64,000 bases of DNA from NCBI GenBank assembly GCA_002269645.1, contig NIVC01003906.1, forward strand, positions 6,331 to 70,330. The letters run 5' to 3'. The position numbers and the translations under genes were made by a program. Below the pieces are notes generated by a model that saw nothing but the letters and a program-made list of their open reading frames with translations, was not told the DNA's origin and did not search any database. Shown in pieces: positions 11,730 to 23,000 of this stretch. This DNA comes from Macrostomum lignano. Its lineage: Eukaryota. The stretch's first letter is position 1; each line of letters starts with the position of its first letter.

Positions 11730-14420
11730 GAAATTTTAAATCAGCAGGTAGAAGTTTTGCAGGTGTGTTCAGTGTAATAAAAAGAAGACCAATGCAAATG
11801 CCGCAAGCGGACGCGCGTGCTTGCGCAAAGGCGACAGGATTAATTTGCTACAAGGGTATTGGGGAAAGCGCGGCGCGCCACCGCAAGACGCGAAAGCAAC
11901 TTGCGATGCATCTGAATTGCGATTTGGATCTGGCTGCAGGCCGCCGCCCGCCAGCTACATTGGGGCAATATGAGATTTGCTGGAATCCCAGACGACCCAT
12001 TTGAACTGCGTGTTTCGGGGTGGCGGCCGGTTGCTTTTTTTGCAACGGCTGGCAGTGGCGGCGCGCGCAAAAAGAGCCTGAAGGAGCGAACGGTAGAGCT
12101 GGGAGCGGAAACGGCCCTCGGGGGAGGGGAGGGGGGTGGTAGGGGGAATTGCGGGTTGGCATGCGAAGCCTTGGAATCAGAGTTCCTCAGACAGCTTCCT
12201 TTCCTAATTTCCCCGAGCCTCGCTCGCAGCGCGCGCCGCACCATCTTATTCCTTAGCTGCTGCTGCTGCATGGGCTGTAGGGCTCTTGCCGCCGCTGCCG
12301 CCGCCGCCGCCGCTGCCGCCACCCGGCCAGCCCCACCCCCTGCCCCTACACTTTCAGCGCGCTGCGTGTCCCCGGGTCCCATTCCGCGCATCCCCCCCCT
12401 GGCCGGCTGTCCGTCTCTCCCACCCCTTCCACCCCCTAAACCAAGCCAAGCCTTCAAATTGTTTGGCCGTGCGGCGCTGCCGCGGCGACTCGCGGCTGTG
12501 CCGGCCGGCCGGCCGCATCTATTTGACGAGCAACGCGCGGAGCCCGGCGGCCCCCCGCGCGGGTAGGTGAAGTGAAGAGGAAACTGCGAAGGCTAGAGAA
12601 AAAAATAAGCTATAGGCCTATATGACTAGGCTAGCCCAGCTAGGTATATAGCCAGAGCTGGGCATCTCAATGACGCGCGGGCGGCCAGTAAAAAGGGGGT
12701 GGATGAAGTGAGCGAGAGCGCCCCGCAGAGGTGACGACAACGTAGAGAATGGAGTGGACAGGCCCCTGGCCAAAGAGAGAAGAGAGACAGACGCAGCGGC
12801 TTTAGTAGCCATTTGCCAAACCCGGATCCACAGCTTAGCTGGGATCGTTTCTCTCCTCTGCACCCGACCTTCCTCCTCCCTCCGGAGGCGGGCGGACGGG
12901 CGGGCGCTCGCGCGTCGTCGTCAGGCCGGCGCTCAGGGCTGATCGCGCGCCTCGCCCCGGGCCCGCATCCGTATGCGGCAGCGGGAACAGAATATTAACT
13001 AACTAGCTAATAGCTGCTGCGGGCCTCCAGTCTGTCTACGTGAAGCTTTGGCTCACAGTGAGAGCAGAGAGGCCAGGCCAGGCATTGGGGTTGGGCGGGG
13101 CAGAGTTCGCCGATTAGGGATTTAGGAGCAACGCCGCTGCTGCCGGCTTGGCTGCTGCCCCGCTCTGCTGGCAGCACTGGCAGAGGCTGAGAGCGGGATG
13201 GACTTACAGAGAAAAAACAGAGAAAAATGAGACAGCTACCCGAGCGCCGAGCGTCCCTTGCTCAATCACCCGGACCTCCCAGATTTAAAGCGCGAAGGCC
13301 ATACAACTTGTCAGATAGTTTTAACAATCAATCTCAGAAACTTGGGGAGGCGTCCATCTGACCATATTGACTTCCTGTGGATGGCTCCACAATTGGAGTT
13401 AAGCAATAATCTTTTTAGTCATGGAGGGCAGCGTCATGGGGGGCAGCGAGTGAAAGGGGCGCTCGGCCCCGACAGGATGTGGAAGGACTGGGAAGGAGGC
13501 GACGGGCAAGGCGGGCCCAGTAGTCGCAATTTTTGTTGTTGTTGGAGATGTGGCGCGCACATCTGGCATCCAGGAGTTTCGCTCCATGCGGCATCCCCCT
13601 TCTGCCGCCCCCTCCCTCCCCAGGAGCTCCAAGCTGGGCAAACAAGTAGGGACCCGCCGCCGGGCCCCCAATCCATCCCTCTCCAATCCCTCAATCTCGA
13701 AGCATATTCGCTCGCTCGATTGCGCAATCAGCGCTTGGTTGCGGCGGGCGGGCGGGCGGGCGGCCCCCCGTCAGAGCTGAGCCGTGCAGACCGAATCGAA
13801 GCTGCTGGAGACCCATTGCGCAGATTGGCTTGGCTTGGCTCCTTTCTCTCTTCAGGGCTATTATCGGCGGGCAAAGCGGGGGCGCGGGAACGACAGTCGG
13901 AGCGGAACAAAGCCCCCCTGCCCCCCGGTTTTTCTCTCTTAGGCAGGGGCAGCTCGCGGCCCGCAACCCGCCCCCCTGTCGCCAGCTGTGGGATTTTCAG
14001 AGAGGAGGAAATGGGAATCGCGGGGAGGAGCGAAGCCGAGCCCAGAGCCAGGAGGAAGAGAGACGCCGGGGACCCGGGGGCGCGCGGCGGTAACCCAATC
14101 TTCCTCCTCTCGCTTCTCCTCCCCCGCCCTCTGTTTCTTCCTCATTTCCCAAAGCCCCTTTTCATCGCTCGCCTCGCGCGATCCCGGCAGTTGGCAGCCA
14201 GCCTGGGCCTGTCTCTCCTCTCCTCCCCTTCCCCCTTCATCCGCGCGCTCCATTTCCCGCGGGCCATTTCGCGCGCTGGCCCCGCCATGGAAGAAGCGAT
14301 GGACCTTACTAAACTGCTCCCCTTTGCCTGCTCCGGGTGCTCCCGCTCCTCTGCTTCATGGCAATCCCTGGCAATGACCGGCACTGCCAATGAGAACAAA
14401 GACTGAGGAAATAGCGGCGG
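11730..14420. promoter_or_regulatory. GC/CpG-rich non-coding island with no credible ORF
   Basis: High GC, GCC/GGC runs, sharp AT-rich borders; ORFs are compositionally biased with no recognisable domains. Confidence 0.4.
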
Positions 14421-14924
14421 TGTTGCTTTTTGCCTTTGCTTTTTTCGTTTTCGCTCTTTGATTTTGGAATTTCTTTTTCTTCACTTTTTGTTTATTCTTC
14501 TGTGGATATTAAACACGGTATTGTGAGGGAGTTCATCTCAGTTTATAAAAATAAAAATTCTCACGAACTCTACCGAAAAATCATATTTTTGACCAGATGT
14601 TTGCTGTCTGCTGGGGTCTCCCCTATTGTGTTGCTTGCGTTTGCGGAAATGGCACCGCTTCTTATGCATTTATAAATGCATAAAGCGCATATTGACATTT
14701 GTAACAAAGCTACCGGCGCACAATTGAATTTGAACCCCCAAGTAAAACAAACTTCTTAGTTTGCCCGATGATCCTCTTCTTTTGGTGCGAAATCAAAACA
14801 GAAAGTTCTGACGACCTGTCAGGTACTCAGTTCACTTGATGATGAACTAAGAACTTACTCAATTTCGAGTTTTGAGTGAATGCAATGCACATATAAATCA
14901 GTCAAGTGCAAATATTGTTGAATC

Positions 14925-15570
14925 AAGTGCAGACATGAGTGAATGCAGAAATGAGTGAATGCAGAGATGAGTGAATGCAGAGATGAGTGAATGCAGAGAT
15001 GAGTGAATGCAGAGATGAGTAAATGCAGAGATGAGTGAATGCAGATATGAGTGAATGCAGAGATGAGTGAATGCAGAGATGAGTGAATGCAGAGATGAGT
15101 GAATGCAGAGATGAGTGAATGCAGAGATGAGTGAATGCAGAGATTAGTGAATTCAATGCAGGGATAATTGAATTCAAAGATGAGTGAATCCAAAGTAGAG
15201 ATTAGTGAATTCCAAGCATAGATGAGTGAATCCAATGCAAAGATGAGTGAATCTCAAGCAGAGATGAGTGAATCCAATGCAAAGATGAGTGAATCTCAAG
15301 CAGAGATGAGTGAATCCAATGCAGGGATGAGTGAATCTCAAGAAGAGATGAGTGAATCCAATGCAGGGATGAGTGAATCCCATGCATAGATGCGTGAATC
15401 CCATGCAAAGATGAGTGAATCCCATGCAGATATGAGTGAATCCCATGCAGATATGAGTGAATCCCATGCAAAGATGAGTGAATCCAATGCAAAGATGAGT
15501 GAATCCCATGAAAATATGAGTGAATCCCAGGCAAAGATGAGTGAATCCCATGCAAAGATGAGTGAACGCA
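14925..15570. repeat. Compound minisatellite: 16-bp (GATGAGTGAATGCAGA) switching to 21-bp (GATGAGTGAATCCCATGCAAA)
   Basis: Shared GATGAGTGAAT core; period changes near 15165. Confidence 0.95.
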
Positions 15571-16225
15571 GAATTAAGTGAATAAAAAAGAAGTTTATTA
15601 CACTTGTCTTAGGTGATAATATTCATGAATTTATCCTGAAATGCTGGATTCATTTTTTATTTTGTACAGAAAGAGATGCCATAATGAATAAGAGTAAAAT
15701 AATGCATTGTTTTGCTTAAAACTGATTAAAACATTGAAGCAATTCACAGGCAGTCACGCGTGAATTGTGATTAGAATAGCATGTTTTGACCGGGATATGC
15801 CAAATAAAAAGCAGCAATTGAATTTGACTGCAATTGTTATCAGACAGAATGCTAATGTACACGAATTTTGAGAAGTTCAAAATTTACAACTGACAGACAC
15901 AGATTAAAGCGATAGGGATAGTTTGAGAACAAAGGATTTCACATAAATGCTACAAGTGACGAGAAACTATGCTACAAACAGAGATTTAGAAACTGTTTAA
16001 ATTATTTACATAAATATCGATATTTGTTAATAAGTAGCAACACTTGGAACGAAATTTGACAACAACAATTTAATTGAAGCTTGAATGTCAAAGATATTGT
16101 ACTAATAGAGACTTAAGAGATTAAAGATTTGCCATTTACAAGAAATCGATTGCTATTGAATCCTTTCTAATCTGTGTACAACATAGCAATTTGCCGTAGG
16201 TTCGGTCATCAGGTACAAAAAGCAG

Positions 16226-19160
16226 TCAATTGCTAGCATTACTGTTTGCTTGCAGCAAGGTACGGCATCGGTTCTGCAGTTTGTTAATCCTCTCAAATAC
16301 TTTAACAGCTGGGCCCAGTTTCAGGCCGAGACCGGCGAGCACGTCCATTCGCTTCATCAGCATCAGAGAGGCGCCGTCTATCTCTTGATCGACAAATGCC
16401 TGAGCAGCCAGAGGGAAGCCTTCGGATAGGAGCCAGGATTTCACTTGGGCGATGGTCCACTTGCTGGCGTCGAATGGATTCGGGTCGTCTAGAAATACAG
16501 GCGACTTCCTGCTGGAGTTGGGAGAGACAAATCAAGCGAATGAAATTAGCTTTTTACCATAGAAGTTTGAATTAGAAAACTAGATTCAATGGTCTATCTA
16601 GTTGGAAGCTTTTACCATAGACACTAGCTAGTTAAGGTGGTTTTACCAGGCATTGGCTAGCTGGGATGGAGTTTTACCATAAACACTAGCTGACTAACGT
16701 CTAGCTGGGGTGGGATTTTACCATAAACACTAGCTGACTAACGCCTAGCTGGGGTGGAGTTTTACCATAAACACTAGCTGACTAACGTCTAGCTGGGGTG
16801 GGATTTTACCATAAACACTAGCTGACTAAAGTCTAGCTGGGGTGGGATTTTACCATAAACACTAGCTGACTAACGTCTAGCTGGGGTGGGATTTTACCAT
16901 AAACACTAGCTGACAAACGTCTAGCTGGGGTGGGATTTTACCATAGACACTGGCTGATTAACGTCTAGCTGGGGTGGGGTTTTACCATAGACCACTGGCT
17001 AGTTAAGATGATTTTACCATAGACTGGCTAGTTGGGTGGAATTTTACCATAGACACTAACTGACTAACGTCTAGCTGGGGTGGGGTTTTACCATAGACAC
17101 TGGCTGACAAATCAGAGTCTGCAATATAGACTGTTGCATAAATTTATATTTAGGTCCACGGTTTCTACCATGCGCGTTACTCACCTATTCATTGATCCGT
17201 CATCCTCGATCTTCTGACAGGCTGAGCAAATCCACTTGGCCTCGCTAGCCGGCTTCTCCGGTATCTTCGGCCGGTGGCAGCTGACGTGGTAGCCCTTGTC
17301 GCAGGCGTCACAGATAAGCATCAGCTCCGCGTCGCCTGGATCGAGGCAGACGCAGCAGGTCTTGCACTCGGAGCACTGCCAAGGCGACTGGCGGGCTCGA
17401 GAGGCCAGCTCAACTGAGTAGAGCATGCAGCTAGGATGGGCCCGGTGGCTGCAGTCGCGGCAGGTTAGCAACTGCTCAGGGACGCCCATTCGATTAGCTC
17501 GGCCAGAGGACAAGCAAAAATCGCAGAGTTCATCGTCAGACTGCTGCTGATTAAGCTCTTGCTCAATGTCCTGCTCAGAGTCTTCATGATGTTGCTGCTG
17601 CTGCTGCTGCTGCTGGGAACGCTCTTCCAGCGAAGCAGCAGATGCTTTGGATTGTTTTCGAGTTTTCTCTTTGTTGTGCTTTGACTTGGTCGTAGCCGGC
17701 GATTCACTTGGTTGACTTTGGCGTCGCTCCTTCTGCTCGGTTGGATTTGGCGATCCGGCGGTCGCCGGCTTCTCAGCGACTACGGCGGAAGCGGCGGCTA
17801 CTGCTGGGGATGCTGAGTCCCTGGCAACGCCTTTGACTCGCGAGATGACCACGGTTGGAATTGGTGGTAGGGCCTGCTGCGGTTGCTTAGTGACAGACGA
17901 AGGCTGCGATGTCGGAGAGTGCTCAGCAGACTGAGCCGCTGGCGTTGCCGTAGTGTCTGCCACAGAGACAGACGTGATGCAGTAAGCAGGTGGCGCAGTT
18001 TCACTATTAGAGGAGCAATTACTTGAGCTGGAACTGGCGGTGGAGGCTGGCTGCCGCTGCTGCTGCTGAGGCAAGCAATGGCCAACTGACAAGTCCAGCG
18101 GTTCGCTCAGGTCCGACTGAGCTGGCTCGCTCGGTCTCGGCCGCTTAGCCTGGGGCGGGTGAAGCTGCTGCGACTGCTGCTGCTTGTTGCTGTTGCTGCT
18201 GCTCTCCTTGCGCTTTTTGAGCGCCTCCTTATCGCGACGCTTCGATCCGTCCGGGTCGAGAGTGTACCGGCCGGTGGAGACGCGGCACAGTCCGCCAGTG
18301 GACGCCTCGCGTTCGAGCGCCATCTCCAGAGTTTCGCCCTGCAGAGGCTCCGCGCCTGGCGCCGAATCCTCTTCTTCAGACGTCGCCGACGGCAGGCAGC
18401 GCAGACGATCGGCCACGTCCTGAACGGTGAAGCCGGAGGCGAGCGCGTCGGGCTGATCGCTGGCCAGGCTGCCGACTGCGGCCAACAGGCGACGACTGGT
18501 GGCGCTGCTGTTCAACACGCTGCTGATGAGGGAGCCGCGGCGCCATTTTGAAGCATTCCGGTAGGACACGGAGCCTTTGTACTCGACCTTCAGCACCGAG
18601 CCGTCGTCAACTAGACGCTCGAGCAGCTGTACAATGGCCTCCCGTTGGAGACCGTGATGCCGCGTCACCATCGAACAGATCCGATCAATATCTGGCCGGG
18701 CCTTCCGCTCGCGCAGTTTGTCAATGATGGTCAGGATCATTGTGCGGATCGGCTCATCGCCGAGAGCAGCCGCTGCAGCCGCGGCGGCTGCTGCTGCTGC
18801 GGCGGCTTTTTCCGCGGAACGCTGCTGCTGCTGCTGCTGCTGCTGCGACGGTGGCGGAGAAGACATCGTTGTGGACGTGACAATGGCGGCTGCGTGTTCG
18901 GGCAGCTGCTGAGCGGCGGCCGGATTATCCGGACGCTGTTGAACTAGCCGATCAACCGAGTGTCCGATGGAGGACTTGACCGGTGCCGGTGCATGACAGA
19001 TGTTGTTGTTCTCGCCTAGGCTGGCACTGGTATTATTATTAATGGCAGCCTTTGCACCGCCGTGGTGATGATGGAGCTGATGGTGATAGCTAGCCACCAC
19101 CTGCTGCGACGACAGGAAGCCAGGCGGGATGGCCGTCTGCACTGGCAGAGCGCGGGCCAT
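16226..19160 (-). CDS. SAMD1-like: SAMD1-like chromatin reader: winged helix 1 + winged helix 2 (H15-like) + double PHD finger + C-terminal SAM; exons 19160-17185 and 16511 (or 16508, NAGNAG)-16226
   Basis: WH 'MILTIIDKLRERKARPDIDRICSMVTRHHG...VLKVEYKGSVSYRNA' resembles SAMD1 WH; DPF 'CDFC...CRDC..RAHPSC...WQCSECKTCCVC...ICDACDKGYH..C...KWICSAC'; SAM 'WTIAQVKSW...GFP...AFVDQEIDGASLMLMKRMDVLAGLGLKLGPAVKVF'; phase-2 intron AG|GTGAGT ... CTCCAG|. Confidence 0.9.
16610..17105. repeat. 44-bp minisatellite in the SAMD1-like intron
   Basis: Unit TTTTACCATAAACACTAGCTGACTAACGTCTAGCTGGGGTGGGA; period 16681 to 16725. Confidence 0.93.
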
Positions 19161-20083
19161 TTGTTCTTTCCGTCTTTTTGAGAACTTTCTTTTAGGAAGC
19201 AAATTGGCTGGTATACACAACCAGACAGGCAAAAGGGAAGCAAGCTTCTTGGCGGGAGATATTTGCAACGCGCAACGCAGTCTGGGTACCGCTGCTGAGG
19301 AGAGCGACAACTTAAAAGCGCGACTGAGTGGGGGGGTGGAGGAGAGAGAGGAAGGCAGGGCCTCCGGGAAGCAAACAGGGCTTTGTGAGAGAGGAGGAAA
19401 AAAAGAGAAAAAAGCCCGACGGAATTGAGGGGGCAGACAGGGCCTTTTTTCTAGTTAAGGCAGGCAGGCAAGGCTTTATTCCGCGGATCGCGGGCGGGCG
19501 CGCTAAACTCGGGCCGGGCCGTCCGTCTTCTCTTCTTTCTGCTTGGTGGCGGGCCGCGTCGGTGCCTCCCTGCGCATAAATAGGGGCCCACCGCCACCCC
19601 CCACAGCCCCAAGCCTAAGAGAATGAGGGGTCGGAACTGGAAGCGAAGAACTGGGGGGGGGGCGGGTGACGCGCTCACTCGGTCCAAGATCGCCCCCGCC
19701 GCTCTCCAGTCCGGCCGCCAACCCCGCCTCCCCAAACCAAAGCGGCCTCAGCCAGTGAAACGAGAGGAGAGCCCGCCGCCGCGCCGGGCCGCTCTCCAGA
19801 GCCTGTTTCGCGGGCCTTTGCCACCTTCCCACTCACCCCCCACACGCAGCAGACTAAGGCCAAGGCCCGGTCCGCTTTTGCCCGGGGGCGGCGGAGGAGT
19901 GGGGCAGGGGTTGGGCCGCGGGTTTATGGCCCTGGGGCGCGCTGGGCCGTGCCGCTGACGCGGTCTTGGCTTCTATGCTTCGCTTCGCCTCCTCTCCTAG
20001 TTCTCCCGCGCTCCTGGGGCCGTGGGGCCGCCCCGCCGCCTGCAGCCCTTCAAGGCCAAAGCCGAAAAAAACTGGAAGAGAGC

Positions 20084-23000
20084 CCATAGTGCAGAAGGAC
20101 GGGTGTACGACGGAAATTTCCGTCGTACATTGAGGTTGGTTGTCGTACATGTCGTACATCGTTCATTTTTGCAAGGGCTCTTTGTCGTACATGTCGTACC
20201 GTCGTTGGCCACACTGTCACTGTCGTACATCTCTGACTAGAAAGCTATATGCATAGGCATTTAAAAATACAATTTCGTTTTCATAATTAAATTAAATTTA
20301 TTCAAAGTTCTTTTTACGAGGCACAAATAAAATATAATCTTGGCATACTTAATAATAATTTTTTATTATGTGGCACCAAATTTCACATTTTTATATTCAA
20401 GGCCACACAAATGTGCATCCGTTGTTTTAATCTTAACCTTGTTTATTTCTTTTTTGAAATGCGTATCGTTGTATCGTGTTACTGGGAATTGAATTGTGAA
20501 TGTGAATTAATTCATAATCATCTGATCTTGTAATTCTCGTCCTCCGGTCAGTCTCGTCTCTCGTGATCGTGATGTGATCTAAGATAAGATCTGATCTGAC
20601 TAATGTCTTTTGTCTTATCCCTTATAACTTTTACTTTTCTATAATCTATGGCTATGCACTCTGCACTGCACTAGCACTATATACTATACTACAAGCTACA
20701 ACTAAAAGTAACTTTTAAGTTTTCTTAATTTGTTGCAAAACTTAAACTAGCAATTTGTAATTTTTCAACTTTGACAAGTAAATTTATTAGTAGTTAGTAC
20801 GAGTAACAAGTTGAGTAATTAATTAAGTTGAGACTGTTGAGTTGAGTTGCATGTTGCATTGTTGCAGTTGACTCATTGACTTTGACTGTTGACAAATGAC
20901 AAGGTCAACTGTCAAGTGACACTTGTGACAGTTTGTTGTTTGAGACTTTGAGTTAGTGAAAGTGACTAGTGACTGACTGACTGGTCTGTCTGACTGACTG
21001 ACTCGTGTCTCGTGTCTGTGTCTGTCTGGACATCTGGTGATTCTTTCAAGTTTATTTTTTAAACATTTTATCACTTTTACCTTCATAAATTAGTTCTAGA
21101 ACTTCTAGTGTTCTGTTCTAATTCTAGTTCTTAACTTAACTTCTTGTTCTTAATCTTAGTTGCAAGTTTTTATTTTAAAAGTTCAAGTTGTCAGTTGTGT
21201 AATTTCACAATTTCAGTAATTGAGTTGACATTAGACAAGTTTATAAAATTATCTTATCACTTTCTTTTAATAATTAGTAATTAATTAATTAAATGCATTT
21301 TTTATTTGTCAAATTTGACTTTACTTGACAAGTTGAAGTTGACAGTTGAGTACTTGAGTATTGAGTAAAGACATAGTAATTAAGTTGACAGCTATGGCTT
21401 ATTGCTTGGCTTGAAACCAACAAATATTTCTTACGAAATAACAAGTAGAAGTAGCTAATAGCCATCTAGCCAAGAGACACCAAGTTTTGCTTCGTTTCAT
21501 GAAAGAAAAGAAGTGAATATATATAAATTAGGGCCTACTGCAAGTCTGCAACTAATTTGAGACAAAACTTCAGGTGCTTGGCAGCAACTTTAGCAAATAC
21601 AACTTCCAAGTTGACTTGACATTGACAAGTGTATAAATTTATCTTATTACCTTTACTTTTAGTCTTTTAGTAATTCTAAATTCATAGCAAATTTTGCTAT
21701 TGTATTGTATTGTAAGTTGACTAGATTGAGTAATTGAGTTGTATAAAATTATGCAATTGATTATATTTGGTAGAGTTGAGTAGAACATTTGGTAGAGCTA
21801 GATTGTAGAATGGTACAGTATAGTATATGAAATTATTTTATAAAAAAAACAAAATATATTGAAATGTGCATTAATTATATCCTATTACTAAATGTCTAAT
21901 CTTTATTTCCTAAATTTCTATAAGTATAATTATAATTATTTATTTAATTTTTGTAAACAAAACCATATTTTTATTCAACTGATAACTAGTTTGGTTTATG
22001 CTTACTTATTGATTAGATTTGGTCATAACTAATAATACTAAATTAAATGCTGATTGCCAAAAAAATTAACTTGTCTTTCAGCTAAATTCAGCTATTCAGC
22101 ATTTGCTTTTTGATTTATTGTGCCAAAATTAATCTCTATAATGTCTCGTAGCAGTAGCACATCAAGTTCTGGCTCTGAAGAAAATCAGTCTGAGACAGAG
22201 ACACCACTAGCTGCAGCTTTGCAAGCTAGTATCCAGGACCAGGCTGACCAGGCAGAGCCAGAGGCAGTAGTAGAGAAGGCGAAGGCTGCTGAGTGTGCTT
22301 GGGCCCATATGCCAATCATGCAACAGGCACAGCGGCAACGCCAACAGCAACAGGCTAATGTGCAAGTACAAGCAAAATCAAAGCGTCCACTGAGTTTGTC
22401 TCATGCAGCGTCTTCATCTGCACAAACTGAAGAGCCACCAACTAAGAAGCCTCGCGGAACTGTGTGTGACCCACATTACTGTGTGGATTGCCTTCAGCGA
22501 GGGCTTCCACTGTCCAACTGCCGCATTTATCGAAACAATGGTAGTAGCAGAAAAACTCATCGGAGTCGCTGGCACAAAGAAGACCCAGCCAATAAGATTT
22601 TAACATATTGCAGACCTGACCATGCTGATGTTCGCGACCTAATTGCTGCCAGGCCTGCCAATGAGAATGAGAAGCAGGTAAAAAAACGCATCACAAAGGC
22701 CATGGTCAGCCATGAGGTGCTGGAGGTTGAAAGTGCCAGTGATGAAGAGTCACCTGAACGTCCTGAAGTTCCAATGACCACTGAGCCTGAGGCAGAGCAG
22801 CAGCAGTCTGAGGGACCAAAGACAAATCTGGTAGTAAACATTGAAGTACTGGAATCATCCGCCGTTGACCAAAGATCCAGCTCATTTGTTAGGCAGCTTG
22901 CTGATGCTTCACCTATCCTTCCCAGTCCTGCTGAGGCTGCATCTACAGCATCATCAAGCACGTCAGGTCGGGATCTTTTGGCAATTGTCACTGGGCTGGA

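Noticed and set aside
17181-19310. 709-aa single-exon protein starting at TTG 19310 and ending at TGA 17181
   Set aside because: The first in-frame ATG is 19160, and the TGA lies in a GTGAGT donor that splices in phase to the SAM exon.
20073-20083. 11-bp TSD (TGGAAGAGAGC) for the DNA transposon
   Set aside because: The extra TGG on the right is the end of the TIR; symmetric termini give an 8-bp TSD.
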